Part shown: one piece after another, positions 1 through 10,140 of the stretch
How positions within the stretch are numbered: the stretch's first letter is position 1
Layout: each line of letters starts with the position of its first letter
Source: Candidatus Omnitrophota bacterium
GTDB lineage: Bacteria > Omnitrophota > Gorgyraeia > Duberdicusellales > 4484-171
DNA length: 64,000 nucleotides
Assembly: GCA_021735045.1 (NCBI GenBank)
Contig: JAIPHU010000003.1
Location: 304 to 64,303 of the forward strand
Direction of reading: 5' to 3'
The notes under the pieces: model-generated
Told to the model about the DNA's origin: nothing
Databases searched by the model: none
What the model saw: only the letters and a program-made list of their open reading frames with translations
Program-made: the position numbers and the translations under genes

Positions 1-392
<392 letters not shown>

Positions 393-393
<1 letters not shown>

Positions 394-1385
394 TAAATCA
401 TATATGCCCGGTATTTATTATTTTCAGGCTTTGTAGCTGTAACTGTTTCATCAACTTTCTTTTTATGATTTATTATATTTACCTTTATTTTATCTTTTGT
501 GGAGCTATATCTGGCAATGATAGTTGTACATAAATTTTTTATCGGCTCATTCATTTTTCCCCTTCCTAAACCAGTAGGGCCGGGCTTATCCAAAGGCCTA
601 AATATAAAGTCATCTTCTCTTTTTAAACTCTCCATTTTTTTATTTTCAGACTCATCTCTACCTACAATAAACTTAAAATCAGGATTAAACCTAAAATGCC
701 TGCCTACCTTAAGAAGTTCAATATTATCTAAATTAAATTGATCTTTTTTTATAATATCTTGAAGACGGCGAGAAAATCCTGAATCCGTTAACAAACAACC
801 TCCTCCAGCCCAAAAATAATTTTCTATTTTATATTTATTCGCAAATTCAAGCTGAACCTTTCTGCTTCTTCCCGAAATTGATAATAAATTATCTCTTTTT
901 ACCCATCTTTTTTTCTCGGGAATAGTTTCAGGAAATAATTGTGCTGAAAGCGGGCGCAACACTAAACCCTCAAGGCCTGATTCTCTTTCTACATTAAATA
1001 AAGCTTTTCGATGTTGAGACATCGGGCGTTGGCCCAAGACCTCACCTGTAATTATGAAAAAGGCTCCGATTTTATCCATATATTCTTTTGCCTTTTTTAA
1101 TATATATATTCGACAATCAATACAAGGATTTAAATTCTTTCCAAACCCATGTTTTGGATTTTTGATAATTGATAAATAATTTTCATCTAAAACTTTATTT
1201 TCGACCCTTATCCCTAACTGCTTTGAGATTTTATTAAGAAGAATTTGCTTTTGCTTTTCTGAAGAAACAGAGAAATGATTATCAAAATGTAGAGCCACTA
1301 CATCAATACCTTGCTCTTTAACTAATTTAGCGGCTATAATACTATCTAGGCCACCAGATAATAATGCTATTGCTTTGATTTTCAT
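393..1385 (-). CDS. PP-loop ATPase, ThiI-like sulfurtransferase domain without THUMP
   Basis: N-terminal SGGLDS PP-loop. TGEVLGQRPMSQ resembles the ThiI TGESLGQVASQ loop. NPCIDCR cysteine pair. Confidence 0.45.
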
Positions 1386-1442
1386 AATAAATCTTTAAAG
1401 AATTTATATCACAGCTATAGGCAGGTGTCAATTCAGGTGCTT

Positions 1443-2348
1443 CTAACTTAAATCCAACATCTTTTGAATACTTGCTTGTGCTTTAGAAATTATTTTTTCT
1501 TCAATTTTAACCTCATAACTTAAATCTTCTAAAGCTAGCAATAGTTTTTCTAAGTTAATTTTCTTCATATCAGGACAACTAGTTGCAGTAGAAGCCGGAT
1601 AAAAAGTTTTATCTGGTACCGCTTTTTTAAGAGGATAGACCATTCCCGGTTCTGTGCCCACAATTATCTCTTTTGCTGTAGTTTCTTTAGCAAACTTAAT
1701 CATCCCTGAGGTTGAAAGAGCTTGATCAGCTAAAGCTATAGTTTCGGGACGGCACTCAGGATGAACCATAATTTTTGCATCTGGATGGGCTTCTTTTTGT
1801 CTCTTTAAATCTTGCGGCATAATTTTTGCATGAGTTGGACAATAACCTTGCCAAATTATAAATTTACGATTAACTTGGCTTGCAGTATATTGAGCTAAAA
1901 ATTGATCAGGAACAAAAATAATCTCCTCATCCGGCCCAAAAGCTTTTTTAACTACCCTCACTGAATTAGCCGAAGTACAACAAAGATCAGATTCAGCTTT
2001 TACCTCAGCCGGACTATTAACATAAGTCAATACTTTAGCTTGGGGATACTTTTTCTTTAATTCTAGTAATTGTTTTGCAGTTATCATATCAGCCATGGGA
2101 CATCCGGCTTGCCTGTCAGGAATAATTACTTTTTTTTGCGGTGATAAAATTTTTGCAGTTTCAGCCATAAAATACACCCCACAAAAAATTATAATATCTG
2201 CATCAGTAGCTGCTGCTTTTCTACTTAAACCTAAAGAATCGCCCATAAAATCAGCAATATCTTGAACTTCTGGATTTTGATAGTTATGAACCAAAATTAC
2301 AGCATTTTTTTCTTTTTTTAACCTCTTAATTTTATCAATTATATTCAT
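1443..2348 (-). CDS. nadA: Quinolinate synthase
   Basis: 301 aa. ILVHNYQ, conserved Cys positions and length match NadA. Confidence 0.8.
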   Translation of the reverse strand: MNIIDKIKRLKKEKNAVILVHNYQNPEVQDIADFMGDSLGLSRKAAATDADIIIFCGVYFMAETAKILSPQKKVIIPDRQAGCPMADMITAKQLLELKKKYPQAKVLTYVNSPAEVKAESDLCCTSANSVRVVKKAFGPDEEIIFVPDQFLAQYTASQVNRKFIIWQGYCPTHAKIMPQDLKRQKEAHPDAKIMVHPECRPETIALADQALSTSGMIKFAKETTAKEIIVGTEPGMVYPLKKAVPDKTFYPASTATSCPDMKKINLEKLLLALEDLSYEVKIEEKIISKAQASIQKMLDLS

Positions 2349-3396
2349 CTAAAGCCTCCTCAATTATTCCTCCGCCTAAAACTATATCTTTATTATAAAA
2401 TACTACCGCTTGCCCTGGAGTAATCGCTTCTTGTTTATGCAAAAAAATAGCCTTTAATTTTTTACCATAGTTTTCTAAACTACAAACAGCCTCTTTATGA
2501 GCATAGCGAATCTTTGCTTTGGTTTTTTTAGGAAAAACATCCACGAAGAGATTAAGATTCCCCGCAATAAGACCTTTTTTCTTTAATCTTTTTTTCTTCC
2601 CTACAACAATTTTATTGTTTTTTGCATCAATAGCTAGAACATACAATGGTTCTTTGGCACTTATCCCTAGCCCTTTTCTTTGACCAATGGTATAAAAAGA
2701 TATCCCTTTATGTTTTCCTAGAGCTTCTCCGTCTGTATTTACAATTAAACCGCATTTTTCTCTTCCTTTTTTAACTTTAATAAAATCCGTATATTTTTTC
2801 TGCAAAATAAAACAAAGATCTTGGCTTTGAGGTTTATCGAAAACTGATAGTTGTCTTTCTTTAGCGATATCTTGAATTTGTTCCTTCTTATAATCAGCTA
2901 AAGGAAATAAAATATCAGCTAAATTTTCTTTTTTTATTGAGTAAATAAAATATGTCTGATCTTTAGTCTTATCTTTAGGCTTTTTTAATAAAAATCTATC
3001 TTTGTTTTTTTCAATTTTGGCATAATGGCCTGTTGCTAAAAAATTAAAACCTAATTTTTTTGCTTTTTTTAATAAAGCTCCAAATTTTATAACCTTATTA
3101 CAATGCACGCAAGGATTAGGAGTTTTACCTTCTAAATATCCTTTTAGAAAATTTTCTATTACTTTATTTTCTAAATCTTTTGAAAAATCTATTATGTAGT
3201 GTTTTATTTTTAATTGTTTTGCTATTTGCTTAGCATCTTCTATATTTTTTTGTTCAATTTTTCTTGACTCGCTATCTAAAGACTTATTGGCAAAAGACAT
3301 AGTAACGCCGGCAACAAAAAAACCAGCTTCTTTTAACAATAAAGCGGCAACAGATGAATCAACTCCACCACTCATTGCTACCATTACTTTTTTCAT
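2335..3396 (-). CDS. mnmA: tRNA-specific 2-thiouridylase
   Basis: MVAMSGGVDSSVAA PP-loop, NPCVHCN catalytic-Cys motif, 353 aa. Overlaps nadA by 14 nt. Confidence 0.85.
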   Translation of the reverse strand: MKKVMVAMSGGVDSSVAALLLKEAGFFVAGVTMSFANKSLDSESRKIEQKNIEDAKQIAKQLKIKHYIIDFSKDLENKVIENFLKGYLEGKTPNPCVHCNKVIKFGALLKKAKKLGFNFLATGHYAKIEKNKDRFLLKKPKDKTKDQTYFIYSIKKENLADILFPLADYKKEQIQDIAKERQLSVFDKPQSQDLCFILQKKYTDFIKVKKGREKCGLIVNTDGEALGKHKGISFYTIGQRKGLGISAKEPLYVLAIDAKNNKIVVGKKKRLKKKGLIAGNLNLFVDVFPKKTKAKIRYAHKEAVCSLENYGKKLKAIFLHKQEAITPGQAVVFYNKDIVLGGGIIEEALDEYN

Positions 3397-3424
3397 AATT
3401 TATTTAAGGTTAATAGGTGGGTAA

Positions 3425-3643
3425 TCAACGAAAATTAATATTAATGCCTTTTTCTTCCAATTGCTGAAAAAGACGCTTTAATTCTTTACTACTACCTTGG
3501 AAACTAACAATTGCCCAGCCAGTTGCAGTTGAAAAAGACGCTTCTAAAATACGCGGCACAACTTTAAACTCTTTGATTATATTATAAAAAAAAGGTTCTT
3601 TCTTAAAACTTGTAGGGATGTTTAATTCAACTTCTTTTGTCAT
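3425..3643 (-). CDS. Small NIL-domain-like protein (ferredoxin-fold, MetN C-terminal-like)
   Basis: 72 aa. NII...A...G...G pattern resembles the NIL domain. Sits immediately downstream of the radical SAM gene. Confidence 0.35.
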   Translation of the reverse strand: MTKEVELNIPTSFKKEPFFYNIIKEFKVVPRILEASFSTATGWAIVSFQGSSKELKRLFQQLEEKGININFR

Positions 3644-3688
3644 TTAACACTCCTTATTTTTCTAAATTGTACCATATTTAGAAGATTT

Positions 3689-4951
3689 TTAAAATTTTTC
3701 TTTTGGTAGATTGAAATAACCCATTTTTATTTTGAAAAAATTATTGCTAATATTACTAATAAGATTTAATATCCCGGTAGGGTTTAAATTATATTTTGCT
3801 ATTTTATTGGCATAATATAAAGGATCAATATTTAAATTCCGCCATTGGATCATATCTATTTTATTTTTTTTCAAAAATTTAATTAATTTATCTATTTGTT
3901 GTCTTGAATCACTAAAACCAGGAAAAATAAATAAATTGAGGGACACAAATTTATTATATTTATTAGCAACCTTAATTGATTTGCAAACATCTAAAAAGCG
4001 ATAGTTTTTGGGCCGAAAATACAAATTATAGAATTTTTCTTCCGGGCTATTTAGGCTAATCCGAAAAGAATCAACTCCGGCTTGACAAAGTTGCTCTATC
4101 TTATCTGGATAACTCCCATTGGTATTGATATTAATTGTTCCACGTTTAGTTTTTTGCCTAACCTGTTTTATGCTTTCTGCAATTAAATCGGCCTCCAATA
4201 ACGGCTCCCCTTCACAACCCTGGCCAAAACTAACGATTGCTTCTTTAGCCTGTTTTAGATGATTACTCATAATTTCAGACACCTCAAGAATACTCGGTTT
4301 AAAATTAATCCTTTGGTGCGAAGCAATGCAATTTTTATCTTGTTTGCTTAAACAACCAATACAGCGTGCATTGCAAAACCTTGCCACAGGCAAGGGCGCC
4401 TCCCATCGTTGCATAAAAAGATTTTTGGCCGCAAGACAATTATAGTTTAGAGCACAATTAAAAAGATGCCGGTAAAGGCGGTTCTGGGAATACTTTTTGA
4501 GAAAAATATTTGCATTTTTCTCAATTAATTTATTATTATAAAAACCCGGCGACTGTCTAATTCTTTTGTCAATCTTTTTTGCTGCCACTTTGAATTTACC
4601 ACCGTAAAATCCGCAAGCAGTATAAGCCCAAAGTGGCAGTTTTTGTCTCTTTTTGGCAAATTTTGCTGCAGGATTATATAAACGTAGATAAGACGGGGGG
4701 AGAAAAGCTGAAACTGGATATACTCTTTTTCCTTTAACTTTTTCTATTTGTTCAACCTTTTTAGTTAAAGGATCATATCCTAACGGATAACTATCTGGTA
4801 AATAAAAAAATGTTGTTCCTGAGGGAGCAGCAATTAATTCTTCCTGCCCAGGCAAGCAAAATTTATCTAACAATGCTCCTGCCATCCTTAAATAAGGATG
4901 TGAATGAATTTTACCCTCTTTATCAGCAAACAATAAATATGGAAGATTCAT
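3689..4951 (-). CDS. Radical SAM enzyme with ~190-aa N-terminal extension
   Basis: CNARCIGC (CxxxCxxC) around residue 195. SFGQGCEGEPLL glycine-rich SAM motif. NTNG. Confidence 0.7.
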   Translation of the reverse strand: MNLPYLLFADKEGKIHSHPYLRMAGALLDKFCLPGQEELIAAPSGTTFFYLPDSYPLGYDPLTKKVEQIEKVKGKRVYPVSAFLPPSYLRLYNPAAKFAKKRQKLPLWAYTACGFYGGKFKVAAKKIDKRIRQSPGFYNNKLIEKNANIFLKKYSQNRLYRHLFNCALNYNCLAAKNLFMQRWEAPLPVARFCNARCIGCLSKQDKNCIASHQRINFKPSILEVSEIMSNHLKQAKEAIVSFGQGCEGEPLLEADLIAESIKQVRQKTKRGTININTNGSYPDKIEQLCQAGVDSFRISLNSPEEKFYNLYFRPKNYRFLDVCKSIKVANKYNKFVSLNLFIFPGFSDSRQQIDKLIKFLKKNKIDMIQWRNLNIDPLYYANKIAKYNLNPTGILNLISNISNNFFKIKMGYFNLPKEKF

Positions 4952-5056
4952 AAAATACCAAATTCGAATTTCAAAATTCGAAGCACGAAATAATTTAAAA
5001 AATCAAAAAAAGTATAATCCCTGTTTTAAAAAATTGAAATATTTAGACATTCGAAT

Positions 5057-6760
5057 TTATTGTAAAGCAACGCCGACAATTTGAGGATTAATGATCAGAA
5101 TTAAACCTAAAACTACCATAATCACTCCACCAATTAACTTTATAATCTTAATTTGTCTCTGGCTAATTCTCTTAGCCTGGAAAGTATAGCCAAATATTGC
5201 AACTATTACAACTAAGGGCAATACATAAATTAAATTATAAAATAGTATCCACAAATAATAACTACTAGACTCTATAGCGATTTTACCAGCAAGTACAGTT
5301 GTAAATATTATGGGAAAACCCGCCGTACAAGGAAGTTCAACAAATGAACTAAATACTGCTAACCCTATTGAAGACAAAATCAACACAAACACAGAACCTT
5401 CCTCAGCTATCTTCCTCAATCGATTCATCTTTTTAACAAGAACTTCTTTTTGTTTTTGGCCAATAGTTAAAGAAACTCCTTTTTTAAAGAAAAAGAAATC
5501 TTTACAATTAATTAATCCAGCTATAATTGCAATAACTCCAATAATTAACCGTAAAGGGGTAAAAAATCCAAAATATTTAAATATATTAAGCCAAGCTACC
5601 ATAAACAGAAAATAAAAAAGAAAAATAATAAATACAAAAACAAAACCTACTGCGTATATTTTCTTCTTATTACCCGAAGCTGAAACTAATAAAGCAAGCA
5701 GTAAAGTTAAAACAAATAAATTACAAGGATTAAAACCGTCAACAAGTGCAATAATAAAAGTAAAAAAGGGTAAGGGTAAATTAGCTCCAAACTCTTTTAA
5801 AAAATCAGTGGGGATATTTTTTGCTATAATAAAAATAAAGGCAAAAGTAACTAGCGAAATAATTATTATGCCTAAATTTTTTAAGGCTTTACTTTTTTTT
5901 GAAAATAATAATTTTATTTTTTTCCAAAATAATAACAAAAATAGCAATAATATGACTAAGGCTTCTAAACTAATATATAAGTTTTTAGTTTTGATTGTCT
6001 TTTGCAAAGATAGAATATAATCAGTTAAAAATTTTTTTTCGGTTTGATTGGGTTTGGGTTTATCCCTACTTACCTTTTCTTGCTCCCATTGAAATATCCA
6101 CCCTCCTATTTTTACTGCATTTTTAAAAAAAATTTTCCCTTTAGATATTAAAATATCTCTAGGTTTAATTTTTTTGGAATCTAGTTCTTCTAAATTTGAT
6201 TTTAAATCAGATGATATAAGTAGCTTCTTTAATCTATTATTATTGCCATTTTTTTTACCTGAAATTAACACTCTGTCTTTATGCCAAATCTTTACCGCAC
6301 CTGGTAATGAGTTTAAATCTAGCTCACTAAAAGATTCACTTTGACCTGAGGGCAAAGAACAAAAATTCACGTCTTTGGTCCTTAATGTTTTATCTATTTT
6401 ATTAATCTCTCTGCTTCCTAAAGCTTTTGAATCTTTATTTAACAAAAAGAAAGGTACTCCGGAACGAGTGTTAGACAAGTAATTATCAAAATATTCCATA
6501 GCTATTTTTTTATTAGCTGAAGCTGATTTATAAATCTCATACTCAATAACTACTAAATCATCATATTCGGCAAGTAATTTAGAAAAAATTAAAGGATCCG
6601 TCGTGGCACAGTTACTACATCCAATACCGGTAAGATATACAGCACAAAGATCGGGATATTTAGGAGAAACTTCTTTAGCGGAAGAAAAATTTATCGGGGC
6701 TAAAAATAATCCTAAAATAAATAATATTAATATAATTTCTGTATTTTTTTGCCTAAACAT
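5057..6760 (-). CDS. Thioredoxin-like (CxxC) periplasmic domain fused to a CcdA/DsbD-type transmembrane disulfide-transfer domain
   Basis: Signal peptide. CSNC motif. Multi-pass membrane region with DGFNPCN and ELPCTAGFP, matching the two conserved Cys-containing segments of CcdA/DsbD-beta. Confidence 0.5.
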   Translation of the reverse strand: MFRQKNTEIILILFILGLFLAPINFSSAKEVSPKYPDLCAVYLTGIGCSNCATTDPLIFSKLLAEYDDLVVIEYEIYKSASANKKIAMEYFDNYLSNTRSGVPFFLLNKDSKALGSREINKIDKTLRTKDVNFCSLPSGQSESFSELDLNSLPGAVKIWHKDRVLISGKKNGNNNRLKKLLISSDLKSNLEELDSKKIKPRDILISKGKIFFKNAVKIGGWIFQWEQEKVSRDKPKPNQTEKKFLTDYILSLQKTIKTKNLYISLEALVILLLFLLLFWKKIKLLFSKKSKALKNLGIIIISLVTFAFIFIIAKNIPTDFLKEFGANLPLPFFTFIIALVDGFNPCNLFVLTLLLALLVSASGNKKKIYAVGFVFVFIIFLFYFLFMVAWLNIFKYFGFFTPLRLIIGVIAIIAGLINCKDFFFFKKGVSLTIGQKQKEVLVKKMNRLRKIAEEGSVFVLILSSIGLAVFSSFVELPCTAGFPIIFTTVLAGKIAIESSSYYLWILFYNLIYVLPLVVIVAIFGYTFQAKRISQRQIKIIKLIGGVIMVVLGLILIINPQIVGVALQ

Positions 6761-6806
6761 AATTAAATCATATTATATCAAATTATTTTCGGAATAAAAC
6801 CTTATT

Positions 6807-6823
6807 CCCACCTCTGAGGTGGG
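6807..6823 (+). promoter_or_regulatory. Hairpin CCCACCTC/GAGGTGGG sequestering the Shine-Dalgarno of the 6826 gene
   Basis: Perfect 8-nt inverted repeat. Its 3' arm GAGGTGG is the only SD-like sequence before ATG 6826. The 5' arm mimics the anti-SD. Confidence 0.4.
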
Positions 6824-6825
6824 AA

Positions 6826-9231
6826 ATGGTTGTAATATCAAAAAAAACAGCTAAAATGATTGATATGATTTATAAATTTAATAACAATACAGAAGAATTT
6901 ACAGTAGATAACGCTTACAAATACAACAACTATTTCCCTTTAACTAATAGATCCGGAAGCTTACTTTCTTCGATCAGTCCTAATTTATCCGGGGATATAA
7001 AAAGAGATAATGATCACTTCCTTACTCCACCGGCAACGATAATCGATACAAGACATAATCCTTTGGTCCGCAGAGATTTTTTTATAAAAATTAATTCTGG
7101 TTCAACAAAAGAAAAAATTATCCGGCTCTCAGATCCATATCCAGACAAGCTTCAAGCTGGTTTTTTTTATCATAAACTTACAAAATACACAAAGTTAATC
7201 GATGTAGAAATATTAAACTTTATCCCTTACAACCTCGATCTAGAACTAATGCAAATTAAAATAAAAAATAAATCAAATAAAGACTTAGATATTTCCGCTT
7301 GCTCATCAATCCCTCTCTACGGAAGAAGTGAGTCAACATTACGAGACCATCGTCATGTAAGCAGCCTTTTAAATCATATTAATTTAACCAAAAATGGCAT
7401 CTTACTTAGGCCTACACTCTTATTTAACGAAAAAGGGCATCAATTAAATCAAACTACTTATTTTTGTTTAGCTAAAAGTCCAAAAGCTAAAATTAAAGGC
7501 CAATTCCCTACTCTTGATTATTTTTGTGGCCAAGGAGACCTGATAAAGCCTGATGCAGTTTATAAAAATAAAAAATCAGCTAAAAAGAAATTAAATAGCT
7601 TTGACGGTAAAGAAGCAATAGCTGCTTTTAATTTTGAAACTAAAAAATTAAAAAAAGGTAAACAAATAAACTATATCATCGGTTTAGGCTTGATAACAGG
7701 CTCTGTGGGAAAATGTCAAAATAAAATAGATAACCTATTTTCTAAAGTCAACACCAACACAAAGATAAAAAAAGAACTTCATAATACTAAAAAATATTGG
7801 CGAAAGAGTTTTAAAAAAATAGAGTTTAATTTTAGCGATAAAAATTATAATTGTTGGCTTAAATGGGTAAAAGCTCAGCCGACCTTGCGAAAGCTTTTTG
7901 GCTGTTCCTTTCTGCCTCATTTTGATTACGGCAAAGGCGGCAGGGGTTGGAGGGATCTTTGGCAAGATGCATTAATCCTATTACACTATGAACCAAAAGA
8001 AGCTCGCAATTTAATTATCAACTCTTTTGCTGGTGTAAGAATAGATGGCTCTAATGCAACGATTATTAAAAAGGATAACTCTTTTTTACCAGACCGAAAT
8101 AAAATCAGCCGGGTTTGGTCTGACCATGGAATCTGGCCGTATCTTACTCTAAAATCTTATCTCAATCACAGTGCTGATATAAATATTTTAAATAATCAGC
8201 TACCTTATTTTCGTGACCCCCACTTATTTCGAGCCAGAAAAATAGATCCTAATTTTAAACAAAAAGATTTTATTTTAAAAACTACAAATAATAAAATTTA
8301 TAAGGGAACTATCCTAGAACACCTGCTTATCCAAAATTTAACATCATTTTTTAATGTTGGTTTTCACAATATTATCAAGTTAGAAAGTGCTGATTGGAAC
8401 GATGCTTTAGACATGGCTGATGATTCTGGAGAGACTGTAACTTTTAGTTTTATGTATGCGCACAATTTAAAAAGTATCGCTCAATTATTGCGCCTTTTGC
8501 AAAAAAAACAAAAGAAAATAAAAATTTTAAAAGAGTTAACTTTGCTCCTTGATAGCTTAGATAGCCCCGTTAATTACAATCATTTTTCTCAAAAACAAAA
8601 AAGATTAAAAAAATATTTAGCCAGTACTATAAAAATATCCGGAGAAAAAATAGAAGTTTCTTTAGAAAATGTTATCTATGATTTAGAAAAAAAATATAAA
8701 CACCTCAAAAATTGGCTCCTAGAAAAGGAGTGGTTAAAAGAAGGTTTTTTTAACGGCTACTATGATAATGCCGGAAAAAGAGTCGGGGGTAAAAACAAAG
8801 GAAAAATAAAGATGATGCTTGCTCCACAAGTTTTTGCCATAATGAGTGAAATAGCTACTGTAGATCAAATTAAAAAAATCTGGCGATCAACAAACAAGTA
8901 TTTAAAAGATAATACTAGAAGTTTTCGGCTTAATACAGATTTTGGCTCTACTTACCAAGAATTAGGCAGAGCTTTTGGTTTTAAGTTCGGTGATAAAGAA
9001 AATGGAGCTTTTTTTAGCCATATGATTATTATGTTTTCTTATGCTCTTTACAAAAGAGGTTTTAAAAAAGAAGGCGCTAAAACCCTCGCTTCTATCTATA
9101 AAATGGTTACATCTAACTCTAATACAACTTACCCCCAACTACCTGAATATTTCAACAGCCAGGGGCAAGGCCTTTATTCCTACCTTACCGGCTCAGCCAG
9201 CTGGTATATCCATACTTTATTACAAAATTAA
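6826..9231 (+). CDS. (alpha/alpha)6-barrel glycoside hydrolase/phosphorylase-like protein (GH94/GH65/GDE-like)
   Basis: 801 aa. GGRGWRDLWQD and ESADWNDALDMADD motifs resemble the catalytic region of cellobiose-phosphorylase-like / amylo-alpha-1,6-glucosidase families. Confidence 0.4.
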   Translation: MVVISKKTAKMIDMIYKFNNNTEEFTVDNAYKYNNYFPLTNRSGSLLSSISPNLSGDIKRDNDHFLTPPATIIDTRHNPLVRRDFFIKINSGSTKEKIIRLSDPYPDKLQAGFFYHKLTKYTKLIDVEILNFIPYNLDLELMQIKIKNKSNKDLDISACSSIPLYGRSESTLRDHRHVSSLLNHINLTKNGILLRPTLLFNEKGHQLNQTTYFCLAKSPKAKIKGQFPTLDYFCGQGDLIKPDAVYKNKKSAKKKLNSFDGKEAIAAFNFETKKLKKGKQINYIIGLGLITGSVGKCQNKIDNLFSKVNTNTKIKKELHNTKKYWRKSFKKIEFNFSDKNYNCWLKWVKAQPTLRKLFGCSFLPHFDYGKGGRGWRDLWQDALILLHYEPKEARNLIINSFAGVRIDGSNATIIKKDNSFLPDRNKISRVWSDHGIWPYLTLKSYLNHSADINILNNQLPYFRDPHLFRARKIDPNFKQKDFILKTTNNKIYKGTILEHLLIQNLTSFFNVGFHNIIKLESADWNDALDMADDSGETVTFSFMYAHNLKSIAQLLRLLQKKQKKIKILKELTLLLDSLDSPVNYNHFSQKQKRLKKYLASTIKISGEKIEVSLENVIYDLEKKYKHLKNWLLEKEWLKEGFFNGYYDNAGKRVGGKNKGKIKMMLAPQVFAIMSEIATVDQIKKIWRSTNKYLKDNTRSFRLNTDFGSTYQELGRAFGFKFGDKENGAFFSHMIIMFSYALYKRGFKKEGAKTLASIYKMVTSNSNTTYPQLPEYFNSQGQGLYSYLTGSASWYIHTLLQN

Positions 9232-9238
9232 AAAATTA

Positions 9239-9442
9239 TTATTTGCGGGCGATATCCTGAATATTTAAAGCAATATTAAAAAGTAAAGCCACCACACCTA
9301 ACTTCAGCAAGCTGGAAGCAGTTACTACTGTTGGCCCCAGCAAAAAATTAAAATCAAGTAGCTTTATTATACAGGAAAATCCAATAAGAATAACCGCAGC
9401 TATAAGGAATAAGTCTTCTCCTAACTTATACTCTTTTTTCAT
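9239..9442 (-). CDS. Small hydrophobic hypothetical protein
   Basis: 67 aa, two predicted transmembrane segments, no recognizable motif. May be spurious. Confidence 0.25.
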   Translation of the reverse strand: MKKEYKLGEDLFLIAAVILIGFSCIIKLLDFNFLLGPTVVTASSLLKLGVVALLFNIALNIQDIARK

Positions 9443-9520
9443 TTTGCCCCCTTTTAACTAATTTGGAAAATACCACAATTATTAATTTTTTTATTTCTCT
9501 CTTTTACCTGATCTACAAAT

Positions 9521-10015
9521 TTAGAAAGATATAGAAATAATTTTAGTTTGGTCACTTTTCGGATCAATAAGTTCTACTGAATCTACCTTTATTTTTGAAA
9601 CAGTGAAATTGCTTATCTTATCACCTTTAAAAACTCGCTTACCGTTGATAATCGCAAATGGATTATCTTTATCAAAAACTACTCCTTCTAATCTATAGGC
9701 AGAATTTGATTGTTTTGGTTTTGATTTTTCAGCTGCAGCCTTCCGGCGCCCGCCCAGGCTATTTTTTATCTTTTCTGCACCAGTTTCCTTTATAGACCCT
9801 GTTGCACTATCCTTTTTCCTAGGCCCAGAAGAAACTATTCTTTTAAAGCTAGAAAAATTATAAGCTAGAATAAAAGCCAGAGCAAAAACAATAAAAATCA
9901 AAGTAACTAAAATAATCTTTTTGGAATTAGGTTTTTTTGGCTGGTTATTCTTGCTAGATAAAGATTCGGGAGATTTACCTTCGGCCTTTTTTAAAGCTTC
10001 ATAGATTATGCTCAT
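9521..10015 (-). CDS. GspB/ExeB-like protein (T2SSB-type C-terminal domain), single transmembrane segment
   Basis: Single TM. C-terminal LEGVVFDKDNPFAIINGKRVFKGDKI...VELID matches the GspB/PilP beta-sandwich motif. Downstream of exeA. Confidence 0.45.
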   Translation of the reverse strand: MSIIYEALKKAEGKSPESLSSKNNQPKKPNSKKIILVTLIFIVFALAFILAYNFSSFKRIVSSGPRKKDSATGSIKETGAEKIKNSLGGRRKAAAEKSKPKQSNSAYRLEGVVFDKDNPFAIINGKRVFKGDKISNFTVSKIKVDSVELIDPKSDQTKIISISF

Positions 10016-10039
10016 GGTAATTTTATTAATTAATTTTCA

Positions 10040-10125
10040 TCTACGAATTTACTAATTTATACGAATATACAAATAAAAAATAAAAATATTCGTAAATTCG
10101 TAATTGATTCGTACGTTCGTTGATT
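10040..10125. repeat. TACGAAT/ATTCGTA iteron-like palindromic element, copy A
   Basis: TACGAAT x2 (10042, 10060) followed by ATTCGTA x3 (10088, 10096, 10107). Related element at 42670-42760. Confidence 0.6.
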
Positions 10126-10140
10126 ATTCTGCTTATCAAT

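Noticed and set aside
499-741. 80-aa plus-strand ORF inside the ThiI-like gene
   Set aside because: Antisense to a well-supported CDS. Low-complexity hydrophobic translation. Typical AT-rich shadow ORF.
5310-6020. Plus-strand ORFs (5310-5615, 5808-6020) antisense to the thioredoxin-CcdA membrane gene
   Set aside because: Shadow ORFs within a long minus-strand CDS. No motifs.
7735-7965. 76-aa minus-strand ORF inside the 801-aa plus-strand gene
   Set aside because: Antisense shadow ORF.
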